A model generated the notes under the pieces. That model had not been told where the DNA came from, did no database searches, and saw nothing but the letters and a program-made list of their open reading frames with translations. Both the position numbers and the translations under genes were made by a program. Source: Escherichia coli (lineage in GTDB: Bacteria; Pseudomonadota; Gammaproteobacteria; Enterobacterales; Enterobacteriaceae). Taken from it: a stretch of DNA of 64,000 bases. Location of the stretch: the NCBI RefSeq assembly GCF_003790525.1, contig NZ_CP033635.1, one strand, 5' to 3'. This document shows, one piece after another, positions 1 to 9,819 of this stretch (position 1 is its first letter; each line of letters starts with the position of its first letter).

Positions 1-542
1 TTGTTGATGACGCGACTGTCCTGCCGAACTTTCAGGACGATACAGTCAAGATAAACAATGGGGTAAACAGCATCCAGTGGTCTGTTTTGCCATTCTACAA
101 CCTGCTCCATCACGGCATCGGTGACCTTTGATATCAGTGCCGGTGAAACATCTGCGTCATACAGTTCTTTGAACGCAGTAGCTATCTCACGGGTGGTCAT
201 CCCTTTGGCATACAACGAGAGGATCTGGTTATCCATCCCGGTAATACGGGTCTGATTTTTCTTTACCAGTTGTGGTTCGAAGGTACCGTCACGATCGCGC
301 GGAGTACGCAGTTCCAGTGGACCGTCGCCTGTGATAACGGTCTTTGTGTAATAACCGTTGCGGGAGTTAGCTCCTGGTCTGGACTGATTTTTCTCATACC
401 CAAGATGGTGTGTCATCTCTGCATTGAGAGCGGCTTCAACGCTGAGCTTTTTCAGCAGCCGATCAAACTGACTGAGGTCTTCAGGGGTTTTGAGGTTTTT
501 GGCCAGTTCGTTAGCCAGAGCCTGTAACTGTTTTTCGTCCAT
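1..542 (-). CDS. tnpA: IS256-family transposase, N-terminal ~180 codons (3' part beyond window start)
   Basis: Same sequence as the N-terminal part of the 401-aa transposase at 47230..48435 (MDEKQLQALANELAKNL...). Confidence 0.85.
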   Translation of the reverse strand, partial: MDEKQLQALANELAKNLKTPEDLSQFDRLLKKLSVEAALNAEMTHHLGYEKNQSRPGANSRNGYYTKTVITGDGPLELRTPRDRDGTFEPQLVKKNQTRITGMDNQILSLYAKGMTTREIATAFKELYDADVSPALISKVTDAVMEQVVEWQNRPLDAVYPIVYLDCIVLKVRQDSRVIN

Positions 543-614
543 AAATTAACCTTCATTTGATGCTGGATTGAACATATCAAAATCAGGCAATTACACAAAT
601 CTATGTACAGGCTC
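1..614 (-). mobile_element. IS256-family insertion sequence (IS1414-like), partial copy running off the window start
   Basis: 1..614 matches 47894..48507 (right end of the complete copy) with about one mismatch; identity stops exactly at 614. Confidence 0.85.
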
Positions 615-3600
615 GTCGGGTGACAGGAGTCCATTGTGGACGGCTGGCATTCGTCTTCAGCAAACGCACCTCCAGTTCCCCTTCGCCAAATACCGACTGA
701 ACCAAATCAGCTGTCAAGGCGTCCCGATTGGGCGCTCGGGGTATCTGTCCCCTGGCTATCCACTGCTGCAAGCGGCTGCTGGCAAAACCCCTGAGATCAG
801 CGGCAACATCATTCAACCGGTCGGTCATTTTAATAATGGGCCGACCAGGCAGTACGGGGCAATCCTCAGGAATTTTGACCGACATCGCGCGCCTGAGAAG
901 CTTAATCGCCCCTTCCAGATGAGCAGTCAGATGGGTGACAGTCAGATCAATCGAACGTTGGAATTGCTCGAGGCTGTCCTGCACAGCTTCGAATACCTGC
1001 GAGATCCCTGTACCGACCCTCTCCAAATCGCCCAGCACTTCATGATAAGTTGCGATTGAGTCCAACTGCCGTAAGTATTCCTGACTGGCTCGGGCGTCTG
1101 GATCCTTGGCCAACTCTTCTTCGATGCGTTTGCGGAATTTTCCCCAGACCGTAGAGACGCGCATATTTTGCTGTTTTAGCGTTTCATTTAAACCGGCATA
1201 CACTTGGCATTGTGCAGCCAGATCGTCAGCATATTCTGTGATGCTCAGGATCCTACCAGGTAGACCTGCGGCAGAGCTCGGCGTAATGGGCTGGATCATC
1301 GCTTGAGCTGTTTTGGCGTTCTGTAGCCGCTCTTTCACATTTTCAATCTTTCTCAACAGCAGTGTCTTTTGTTCCAGTAGGAACTTGATCTGGTGTTCAA
1401 TCGCATAAAGGTTATTGACGATTTCAGCCAGAGACGTTTGGATTGCCTCTATCTCAATGGGCTTCTCTTCCCAGACAAAATCCTCGTCAAGTGCTTTACT
1501 AGCCTCCTCACAGCTTTGGGAAAATTTTTGCAGAGTTACCTGAGAGCTAATTAGATTTTGCGTGAATTGCTTTTGCTGTTCTTTGAGGCGTACGATGCTG
1601 TTATTAATTACCGTTAGCTCATTGATGGCCGCAGCTTTTACCTCATCCGGATATGTATTGTAGGTGGGTTGAGCGGTCAAACGATCAGAGGCGTAACGTT
1701 GTACCTGTTCAGCATCTTTCAGTTGTTGCTTGAGAACGGTCACTTGATCACCGTTGGCTGCTTCGAGCAATTTTTTGTGCGCCTGAGCAGCCATCTCATG
1801 GGCATATTCAGGGCTTCGTCCTTCCATACCTTCAGTCGCCGTAATCTCTGAATAGAACGGTTCGTTACACAGATTACTCCAGCTACCTATCTGGATAATT
1901 AAAAGGGTTTTCTCGGAGCGTTTGTTCTTCTCGAGCTCGCTCAGCCGTTCCAGCCTCTCTCTCTGGGTGTAAAGAGTGTTCTTGCTTCGCTGAATCTGTG
2001 CAGCTAACTGCTCCAGTTTCATTATCGCCGTTTCACGCTTCGCCCATTCTTTTTCTACAAAAAGACTCACTTTATCATGTGCTTTTTCTGCCTGAATTTT
2101 CTGCTGTTGGGCGTTGTTTAAACGCACCTGGACATCTCTCTTCTCGTCACGCAGTGTTTGCTCATCATGCTCAGCTTGCTTAAGTGCTGCATCAGCATTT
2201 TCCAGTATTAATAGAGCCAGCTCCCGTTGGTCAAGCAGTCCCGCCCAATGCTTACCATACTGTTCGTAATGCCGACTCCAGTCATTCCTGAAAGATTCCA
2301 GTACTTTAAGGGCGCTCTCCGTAGCCTTCACACTGACTTCCTGCGACGCTACAGTATTCTCCAGGTCTTGCAGCCGGGTTTCGTAAGCGGCCTGGCTATA
2401 TCCGTGCTTATCGGGGTTTGAGAGGACAACCTGTACTAATTCAGACGTTTCTCGGCGGAGATCTTGTGCTTCATCCAGCAAGTAAATAGCAATAGGTGCC
2501 TTCTTCCAGGGTAGGATCTCACTAATTTTATGGACCTGTTCAAACGTTACATTGTCGAGTGCGACCAGACTCAGGTAGCGGCCAGGGTTCTGATCGATCA
2601 CCGCTGCAATCTTTTGTGCATCATCGTTGTAAGCAGAGGCCAAATAGTGTGGAAATGTCCATAGCTTATCCCGTGCAATGCCCGCAGCATAAAACGCTTC
2701 AAGTGCCTCATTGACCTGCTTAGCAACCAGTTCATGTCCCGTCACCCTCAACTCGTCCAGTTCGTGCCGGGCTTGCAGTAAACGCTCTTTCATTCCATTC
2801 AGCGTTTGAGCGTTCGCATTCAATACTTTGTCGAGCTGCAATCCACACAGCTCGCTGTGCCAACTCGTGTCTTCAATATCCAGATCATGTCGCGTTGACG
2901 TTGGCAGTTTTTGATAGTTTTTTGCTAAAACTAAAGCACTATCCACAGCCGACTGGTGTTTTTGTTCAGCCAGAATGAGTTTTTGCTGGGCCTCACTTTT
3001 CTCAATTGATGCCTCCCGCACAACATTCAGCTGTGCTTCCAGCGCCTGCTCTTTCTGATGAAGAATTGTATTAGCCAGTTCTTCACTCTGCTTTGCATCG
3101 CGTAAGGTTAATTCCAGTCGGTATTGGGCTGCTACTGGTGTTTCATCCTTCTGGATCAACCCAGCTTCACATAATTCATTCCGTTGCGATTCGCCCTGAA
3201 ATTTGTCTCTTTTATATCCGTCACGCTCCGTTTCCAGACCACCCAACGTCTTTTGTATTTTATCGTATGACTGTCTGAGGACATGGCTTTCCCTGTCCAT
3301 CTGCCCTAATTCTTCCTCAAGCGTAGCCTCCTGCTGGCGATGTCTGTCGATTGCCCACTCTAATGTGCCCAAGGCTTCGCCAGCAGTACGCTCGAAAATC
3401 ACCTGTAGCGGCCTTTCCGTTTCACTTTGGAATACCTTCAGATCTTCATCTGCCTGGCGGTACTCATTCAGGGCCTTAGCATAGGCTTTGTAGTCTATAG
3501 CAGCGTGAGTAATCTCAATCTGGCGCTGATTGGTATCGGCCTCGTCTTGAAGCGCATCGACTATCGCTTTTTGTTTGTTGAACCGATGCTGCACGAGATC

Positions 3601-4686
3601 ATATTCAAGCAGTGCTCTGCGCTTACCTAACTGCTCACGCAGAGACATCGCCTGGCCAATATGCGTTTGCAAACTATCCATGTTATCTTCAAGCTGTGTC
3701 TGTTCAACCTGAGCATCCCCGACAAAGGCTGCGAGATCGCGCATTGCTTCTCGGAAGCCATCATCCAGCAGTTGCTGCTGTGCCTGGATGCTTTCCAGCT
3801 GTTTAGCCGGATCAAGAAACGCCAGCCAGTTAGCCAGCACATCCTTCAGGAAGGACTCGTTACGACGAATCCCCTCTAACTCTCCCTGACGTTCAACTTC
3901 ATGCGCTACCAGTTCCCGCAGCCGCTCAGCCGCATCTTTAGACATGGTGCAGGCGAAGAACGCGCCAAGGAAATCATGTTCAGTTTTGTATTCGATAAAA
4001 CGGGTCAGGCCACCTTCTTCGGAGTTGAAGGTCACCATTGTTTTGATAAGATCAACGTTAATTTGTTGTTCCAGTAAAAATGCGCGCCACTCGTTCTGTC
4101 TGGTGGTTTTACGCCAATGCATACCGCCTTCACTACCGGCCTTGAGATTAAGCCAGCTATCAAAACTGCGCAGGCTATTGGCATAGGGGCGCAGCTCAGA
4201 ATTGCGTTCCGCGCGGGAATAAGAAGGGACTTCATCAAACGGCGCGCCCATCAGGGAGTCGGGCGCATCACAAATAAACAGTGTGCGGTCAACATCATCT
4301 CCATTACGCTGATGAGCATGTCCTAGTAATAACGTTTGTCCTGATTCATTGACCATCTCAACCAAAACAACAGAGAGTTCTTTATAGAAGTAATTGCGGT
4401 AGTGGTATTCACTCTGGCGATGATTTGCCAGATATTGGGTGAAGTCACTAACGGACGGCTCAAAAATCGATAACAGCAGCGCGATGTAGGTCGACTTACC
4501 ACCCCCATTCACAAGCTGCTGATAAGTACTGGTCACCACCTTCGCATTCCTGACGGGCGAGCGCAGGCCTTCAACAACAGGGCTACTGACCGCTTGAGAC
4601 AGGCCAATATAGTCCAGTGTGAGGTCCTTGTAGAAAGCTTCTTCATGGCCTGCACCATCCATATAAACCCGTTTAATCAGCCACAT
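601..4686 (-). CDS. SMC-like P-loop ATPase with long coiled-coil arms (JetC/MksB/MukB-like); 3' end runs into the IS, probably C-terminally truncated
   Basis: 1361-aa ORF; N-terminal P-loop LVNGGGKSTY; >1000 aa of E/Q/K/L/R-rich heptad-like sequence; no C-terminal signature/Walker B head visible; last 4 codons and the stop (601..614) are IS-derived. Confidence 0.5.
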   Translation of the reverse strand: MWLIKRVYMDGAGHEEAFYKDLTLDYIGLSQAVSSPVVEGLRSPVRNAKVVTSTYQQLVNGGGKSTYIALLLSIFEPSVSDFTQYLANHRQSEYHYRNYFYKELSVVLVEMVNESGQTLLLGHAHQRNGDDVDRTLFICDAPDSLMGAPFDEVPSYSRAERNSELRPYANSLRSFDSWLNLKAGSEGGMHWRKTTRQNEWRAFLLEQQINVDLIKTMVTFNSEEGGLTRFIEYKTEHDFLGAFFACTMSKDAAERLRELVAHEVERQGELEGIRRNESFLKDVLANWLAFLDPAKQLESIQAQQQLLDDGFREAMRDLAAFVGDAQVEQTQLEDNMDSLQTHIGQAMSLREQLGKRRALLEYDLVQHRFNKQKAIVDALQDEADTNQRQIEITHAAIDYKAYAKALNEYRQADEDLKVFQSETERPLQVIFERTAGEALGTLEWAIDRHRQQEATLEEELGQMDRESHVLRQSYDKIQKTLGGLETERDGYKRDKFQGESQRNELCEAGLIQKDETPVAAQYRLELTLRDAKQSEELANTILHQKEQALEAQLNVVREASIEKSEAQQKLILAEQKHQSAVDSALVLAKNYQKLPTSTRHDLDIEDTSWHSELCGLQLDKVLNANAQTLNGMKERLLQARHELDELRVTGHELVAKQVNEALEAFYAAGIARDKLWTFPHYLASAYNDDAQKIAAVIDQNPGRYLSLVALDNVTFEQVHKISEILPWKKAPIAIYLLDEAQDLRRETSELVQVVLSNPDKHGYSQAAYETRLQDLENTVASQEVSVKATESALKVLESFRNDWSRHYEQYGKHWAGLLDQRELALLILENADAALKQAEHDEQTLRDEKRDVQVRLNNAQQQKIQAEKAHDKVSLFVEKEWAKRETAIMKLEQLAAQIQRSKNTLYTQRERLERLSELEKNKRSEKTLLIIQIGSWSNLCNEPFYSEITATEGMEGRSPEYAHEMAAQAHKKLLEAANGDQVTVLKQQLKDAEQVQRYASDRLTAQPTYNTYPDEVKAAAINELTVINNSIVRLKEQQKQFTQNLISSQVTLQKFSQSCEEASKALDEDFVWEEKPIEIEAIQTSLAEIVNNLYAIEHQIKFLLEQKTLLLRKIENVKERLQNAKTAQAMIQPITPSSAAGLPGRILSITEYADDLAAQCQVYAGLNETLKQQNMRVSTVWGKFRKRIEEELAKDPDARASQEYLRQLDSIATYHEVLGDLERVGTGISQVFEAVQDSLEQFQRSIDLTVTHLTAHLEGAIKLLRRAMSVKIPEDCPVLPGRPIIKMTDRLNDVAADLRGFASSRLQQWIARGQIPRAPNRDALTADLVQSVFGEGELEVRLLKTNASRPQWTPVTRRACT

Positions 4687-4688
4687 AC

Positions 4689-5585
4689 TTAAATCTCCGT
4701 CAAGCGTTGCGTTTCTGTGGTTCCAGTTGTAACTGGACGTTCATTGAGCGAAGGAAACTCCAGGGTATCTGCTAATGCTGCAAGATCGCTTTCAGCTAAA
4801 TCGGGCGACCGTTCTTCTACGGCTGGACTGATGCTCATGACAAAGCGCACCGTCTCTTCGATGCCAGTATGGCGCAGATAATGTTTGAGTTTTTGGGTCG
4901 GATACCAGTCGGACTCTCCCGACAGACTGCTGTCTTCGGCCAGAAAGCCTTCCTCCTGCAGCAGTTGTATCCAGCGCGTTGCCATTTCTGTTTGCGAGCG
5001 AATACTTGAGACACGCCCTACCTTTTCGTCGTGTATACGGGGAATACGTTCTTCCTGCACAAACCTGGCCGCCATAAGTAGGCCATCTACGGTATCGTCA
5101 CCCTCGGCCTTGCGCTGGGCAATCACCTGGTCGGCAACATTATTGAGCCTGGCTACCACCGAGGCGGCATTAATGGCGTTACTCTGACCGAACTCGACAC
5201 GAACGGTGTCTGGAGTTGGAAACAAATCAGCCAGCAACGCAATCAGAGTTAAGCCTGCAAACAGGCGCTGTTCTTTCCGTTCCTTACCCTGTTGCTCAGC
5301 CATTGTTTCAGGTAGCAAGCGTTTGTTCAGCCAACCCAAAGATGGGGAAAACGGACCTCGGCCATCTGCAGCCAGTAATACCCCGTAGGTCTCATGAATC
5401 CCAAGATACCGCAATTTCATACCTGTCGCGACGCCACGGATAATCTCTGTGAACAGGGCATCACCTTGCAGATCAAGAGCACGTTGAATCAGCTCATCCC
5501 CCATTTTATATCCCAGTGAATTCATAATTGCCTGCGTGGCAATCTCGGCGTAGCGTTTAGTTTGTTGATGCGCGTTGTCGTACAT
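4689..5585 (-). CDS. Middle subunit of the SMC-like operon (KITE/JetB/MksE-like by position and size)
   Basis: 298-aa ORF tightly packed (2-3 bp spacing) between the kleisin-like and SMC-like genes; no motif confirmed. Confidence 0.4.
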   Translation of the reverse strand: MYDNAHQQTKRYAEIATQAIMNSLGYKMGDELIQRALDLQGDALFTEIIRGVATGMKLRYLGIHETYGVLLAADGRGPFSPSLGWLNKRLLPETMAEQQGKERKEQRLFAGLTLIALLADLFPTPDTVRVEFGQSNAINAASVVARLNNVADQVIAQRKAEGDDTVDGLLMAARFVQEERIPRIHDEKVGRVSSIRSQTEMATRWIQLLQEEGFLAEDSSLSGESDWYPTQKLKHYLRHTGIEETVRFVMSISPAVEERSPDLAESDLAALADTLEFPSLNERPVTTGTTETQRLTEI

Positions 5586-5587
5586 AA

Positions 5588-7054
5588 CTACTCCTCAAAG
5601 GGGTATAAGGGAGCAACCGTTAACAGTTTGATATTGTTAGCCCGCCAGAGCGTTGTTTCGATAGCGCCGTCTATCTCCACTTCTATTGCGGGATCGCTGT
5701 TAGCTGCCAGGCTGCCAATATGGAGTAAACAAACCTGTTGCTCTTGTTCGGATAATTCTTCGCCCTCATAGGCGTCAAAAACATCTCTAAAGCTCACATG
5801 CCCCCAATTCTTCAATCGGTCACTAACCCAATCGCTGCATTTTTTAATGACAGATTCAGGGATACCTCGCAGGTTGGTTTCAATAGCTACAGGCTGATCG
5901 GTGAGGTCCTGTATCTCATGTGGAAGCGCCTGTTCAAATCTATCGAGATAAAGGTTCAGCAGCGCCTCAAGGTCAAACAGAATGTGCCGATCATCATCCT
6001 GTCTTCGGGGAGCCAACAGGCGTGCGGTGAGATCATCGATTTCCTTTTCGACAGTGTCGGGGGAATGAGACAGCAAGGGCTTGAGTGCACCTTTTTCCAG
6101 TGTTTCCCGAAAGAGGGTATTATCTCTGGGAATAATGAGTTTCAGACGAGCTCGCTCAAAATCTTTGTTAACATCAAGTAAGCAGTCTTGATAGCGCTGC
6201 GTAAAAGCGCAGACCTCAGCAAAAATCTCCTGTGCCCTACGTAGCTTATTTAATTTGTCGGGATTTATTTTCGAACTTCCTTCAACCAGCATTTCGGTAA
6301 TGGCCGACATTGAGTTCTGGATATGTTCCAAAACCTCTCGGGTTTTATCAAAGGAATCATTGAGTACGGGACGGATATCGTGTGCATAAGATGCACTCAA
6401 ATCACCAGACTGGGCGGCACGCACTTTCATCCGCATTCCAATCAGATATTGCTCCAGTTGCCGCTGTGTTGATTGGATCTGGTGTACTGCCTTGTCGATC
6501 TCTCCGCGACGGATGGTTTTAAGCGTGCGCCAGGCCAGAATCGCAGCGCGTTCTATCGGCGTTTCATCCAAGCGCAGGGTATAGAACAACATTCCTTCAT
6601 CAGTCAGCGACCAGAGAATATCATCTGAGCCGGATAGCTGGTCATAGCGTACCAGACGGACTATCTGCTCTTCGGAATGCGTTCGTTGCGAGAAATCATA
6701 ATAACGGAGGCGGAAAGGATCTTTGATCGCCGCAAAAATCTTGCTGGCCACTTGTGCGTAGTCGGGTTCTTCTTGTCCCGGATAGGCTTCATTGAGGTGC
6801 CCAACCAGACATAACTCCGCTTCCTTACGCGTCATTCCAGGCTGGCGCTCGCGGTCAGCATAATAAAGCATGGCGTCAAAGAGATACATGATTGCCGCCA
6901 GCGCATCAAGCTCAACACCATCGAACGGATTTCGCTGAAGGGCGCTATATATTGAATCCAGCGTCCGCACGACCAGTAAGGCGTGAGACTGAATAGACAG
7001 CTCACGACGTGCCATTGATTCATTACGAGCCTGCTCCAAAAACCCTAGCGACAT
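5588..7054 (-). CDS. First gene of the SMC-like operon (kleisin/JetA/MksF-like by position and size)
   Basis: 488-aa ORF; RBS GGGAG upstream of the ATG; operon order kleisin-KITE-SMC as in mukFEB/jetABC. Confidence 0.4.
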   Translation of the reverse strand: MSLGFLEQARNESMARRELSIQSHALLVVRTLDSIYSALQRNPFDGVELDALAAIMYLFDAMLYYADRERQPGMTRKEAELCLVGHLNEAYPGQEEPDYAQVASKIFAAIKDPFRLRYYDFSQRTHSEEQIVRLVRYDQLSGSDDILWSLTDEGMLFYTLRLDETPIERAAILAWRTLKTIRRGEIDKAVHQIQSTQRQLEQYLIGMRMKVRAAQSGDLSASYAHDIRPVLNDSFDKTREVLEHIQNSMSAITEMLVEGSSKINPDKLNKLRRAQEIFAEVCAFTQRYQDCLLDVNKDFERARLKLIIPRDNTLFRETLEKGALKPLLSHSPDTVEKEIDDLTARLLAPRRQDDDRHILFDLEALLNLYLDRFEQALPHEIQDLTDQPVAIETNLRGIPESVIKKCSDWVSDRLKNWGHVSFRDVFDAYEGEELSEQEQQVCLLHIGSLAANSDPAIEVEIDGAIETTLWRANNIKLLTVAPLYPFEE

Positions 7055-7099
7055 AACATTCTCCCTCTGAGACGGAAGCCACTATAGTACTCGCCCGCC

Positions 7100-7126
7100 A
7101 ATTAAGCAAAGAAACTTTGCTTAATT
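7100..7126. promoter_or_regulatory. Perfect 12-3-12 palindrome (AATTAAGCAAAG aaa CTTTGCTTAATT) in the divergent promoter region; candidate operator
   Basis: Read directly in the 175-bp AT-rich intergenic region between the divergently transcribed genes at 7054 and 7230. Confidence 0.5.
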
Positions 7127-7229
7127 TTTATTTATAGCAATGTTATTTGTTTTGATGTCATTCGCCTTCTATACTCAGTCGGTATATCAAACCGCAATTG
7201 ATTAACCTGCAAATAAGAATAAAACTGAT

Positions 7230-8123
7230 ATGTACTACTCAAAGTTTCTTGAGAAACACAAATCCCCCCTCAGCCACGCACAATGGTTGCGCTTGCGCTA
7301 TATTGAGCGCCAGCTACTGTGGGAACGAAAGGTCACTTCGCGCATGATTGCTGAAGAGTTTGGCGTCTCGGCGCAACAAGCTCGTACTGATGTAAGAACC
7401 TATATGGAGGTCGCTCCAGGCAATGCTATTGAGAAGGGGGCCGGCCGAAAAGGGTATTTCCCCAGTACGACGTTTACGCCTGTTTTGCTGGGAGACAACG
7501 ATCTGGTCTGGCGTACGACGGTAGAATTTCAACCGCCGCAAGCGGCCCACGCGCAGGAAATCCCGCTCATCCATCGCGCAGTGCATAGCCGCACGCTGGC
7601 AATTTTTTTGTCAGCAATCGAACAGAAAGGACAAGTAAAAGTGACTTATGCGTCAATGGAAAACCCGGAAGGCATATCTCGTACACTAAGCCCTACGGTA
7701 ATTATCACCGTTAACGGGCGTCAGCATGTGCGAGCCTATGACTGGGGAAGTTCGGCGTTTAAGGACTTTGTTTTGGCGCGATTTCTGGACTTGCCGGAAC
7801 TGATTGTTCCTGCACCCGCCCCGCCACGCAAAGATACCGCGTGGGAGGTCATAATCCCCGTGCGTTTTATAGCCAATCCAACACTAAACAAAGCGCAACA
7901 AGAGGTAATTAAGCGGGACTATTTACTTGAACCCTCTGAATTCAACATTCGTGCACCAATGATTTTTTATTTATGCCCTGAAAACAATCTGCCTAAAACA
8001 GATGATGAATATGCACAAGCTACTGACGCCAGCAGCCACGGCCCCTTTATCTACCCTGTTCTAGCTGTGCACGCCCAAACAGGGGAGCCTATTCATAAGT
8101 ACCGCCATGCAGGTGAGAGATAG
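7230..8123 (+). CDS. Putative HTH-WYL-type transcriptional regulator (BrxR/CapW-like architecture)
   Basis: 297 aa; N-terminal HTH-like segment (SRMIAEEFGVSAQQARTDVRTYME); central region resembling a WYL domain; divergent from the SMC-like operon. Confidence 0.45.
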   Translation: MYYSKFLEKHKSPLSHAQWLRLRYIERQLLWERKVTSRMIAEEFGVSAQQARTDVRTYMEVAPGNAIEKGAGRKGYFPSTTFTPVLLGDNDLVWRTTVEFQPPQAAHAQEIPLIHRAVHSRTLAIFLSAIEQKGQVKVTYASMENPEGISRTLSPTVIITVNGRQHVRAYDWGSSAFKDFVLARFLDLPELIVPAPAPPRKDTAWEVIIPVRFIANPTLNKAQQEVIKRDYLLEPSEFNIRAPMIFYLCPENNLPKTDDEYAQATDASSHGPFIYPVLAVHAQTGEPIHKYRHAGER

Positions 8124-8319
8124 ACATTCTGTTTACTAATAATTTATAGCCATTCACTGTTCCTGCATCATAGATATGGTGCAGCAACATTAAACACCAG
8201 CCATCTAAAAATTATGATTTATTAATTTCTGATTCAGTTAAATTCCTCTGAAAATAGATCCGTTATAGTTCCATGCATCTTTTGAAATCCCGACCAAATA
8301 ATGGGGTCGGCAAACATCT

Positions 8320-8520
8320 ATTTGAGACGTTGGTTCTCATCCTCAAGATCTTTGATTATTTTAATATCAGAAGATTCCATACCACCGTATCTGGACTTCC
8401 AGTTGTAGTAAGTGGCTCAGAGAAGCCTGCCTCCCGGCAGACATCTTTAACAGTTCGCCCGTATTCAAGCGATTTAATCACGGCGATAATCTGATGCTCA
8501 GTAAAAGGGGCTTTACGCAT
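8320..8520 (-). pseudogene. IS3-family orfA remnant (HTH transposase N-terminus), frameshifted
   Basis: Minus-strand translation MRKAPFTEHQIIAVIKSLEYGRTVKDVCREAGFSEP then, after a 1-nt frameshift, TYYNWKSRYGGMESSDIKIIKDLEDENQRLK; no orfB follows. Confidence 0.6.
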
Positions 8521-8594
8521 AGCGATCTCCTTCATTGGCAGATTGATTATGCCGGAGGATCTCTAAATGTTAATGGCACGATTATGCGGGATAT

Positions 8595-9500
8595 TTACAA
8601 TACCAGTCCAACCCTCAGCTTACTGCAATGCCCATCAAGAGGGATGGTCCACATTGACGTATCAAAATCGCTCTCTGACCAGCGAGCAAAACGCAGCTCA
8701 CTGGATCGAATAAAGATAAGCAGAGTGAGTTCTGTCGCCCAGCGGGTTAGCGGCCTGCCGGTATAGCTGTCTATTTTCTCAAGTAACTCAGGGATGCGCT
8801 TTAACTCCAGCGCCGGACGATGCTGTCGATTACTGGAAGCAACCGCCCCCGCCATCTCCTGCGCCGGATTGTAATGAATTAACCCGCTTTGCACTGCATA
8901 ACGCATGATGGCCGTGGTGCGCTGTTGAAGGCGGGAAGCCACTTCAAAACGTCCAGATTTCTCCACGGCTTTAATGGGAATTAACAGATCGCGGGTGCCC
9001 AGTTCAGCAATATTGCGAGCACCAATTGTTGGGAAGATATTGTCCTCCAGGCTCTTTTTTCCACGATTAGCATGATCTTCCGACCATTTTTGGTTTGTCA
9101 CGAGCCACTCTCTGGCAACCTTCTCGAAAGTAATAATCTCTTTCGCCTGCTCTTCTTTCACAGCACGTTTATGCTCACGAGGATCGATACCAGCAGCGAC
9201 CAGCTTTCTGGCCTCTTCCCTTTTCTTCCGCGCATCCGCCAGCGAAACATCCGGGTAAACGCCGAACGCCATCAAATGTTGTTTACCACCAAAACGGAAA
9301 CGAAATCACCAATACTTTGAACCGCCAGGTTTTACAAGTAAAGACATGCCGTCGCCGTCAACAAGTGAATACTCTTTCTCCTCTGACTTCACAGAACGAA
9401 CTTTAGTATCCGTTAGGGCAATAATGGTCTTCCTTCCATTGGTATCTCGTGAGTATACAAGCAATATCGAATCGGCAAATATACTCATAAGTATACTCAC
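8595..9500 (-). pseudogene. P4-type tyrosine integrase, frameshifted and lacking the catalytic C-terminal domain
   Basis: ORFs 9306..9500 and 8595..9275 together align with the N-terminal ~260 aa of the intact integrase at 19562..20827 (LTDTKVRSVK, FGVYPDVSLADAR, IMRYAVQ, SSELRFARW); ends just after WTIP. Confidence 0.85.
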
Positions 9501-9592
9501 AAGCCTGTTGATGTGGGTTGAGTCAGGTTGACTTCAGTTGAGAAGAAAAGCTGGAAAAGCCTTGCGTGGCGCGGATTTCAGGCATAAAAAAA

Positions 9593-9608
9593 GACCTCAG
9601 TTGAGGTC
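9593..9608 (-). terminator. Rho-independent terminator-like hairpin
   Basis: GACCTCAGTTGAGGTC palindrome preceded by an A-run on the plus strand (T-run on the minus strand). Confidence 0.45.
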
Positions 9609-9622
9609 TATTTACATACTTT

Positions 9623-9641
9623 TGGTGCGAAGGCCGGACTC
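9623..9641 (-). other. tRNA 3'-end-like remnant; probable att direct repeat at the junction of the two islands
   Basis: TGGTGCGAAGGCCGGACTC resembles the leuX 3' end TGGTGCCGAAGGCCGGACTCGAACC (one indel, one mismatch). Confidence 0.5.
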
Positions 9642-9819
9642 AAACATCAAAATAAGTTAATGATAAAAAACAAATAATAAAACACAACAATGAAATATGC
9701 CCCCTTTTGTGCCCCCACTGTTTTTCTGACCAATCTATTTTCAGCCCATCAATAAATCGGAAAGTTAAATCATTTTTAATCAGTAAGTTTGGATCCGTAG
9801 CTCGGCTCCAAACCAGTGC

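Noticed and set aside
601-4686. Reading the 1361-aa ORF as chromosomal mukB, or as a complete gene
   Set aside because: It sits in an island with its own integrase remnant rather than the mukFEB locus. Its apparent stop is IS-derived, so the annotated end is not a native C-terminus. A truncated paralogue cannot be excluded without alignment.
9623-9641. A second tRNA gene
   Set aside because: Only a 19-nt 3'-end-like segment is present; no acceptor stem or anticodon arm upstream, so it is an att-type remnant.
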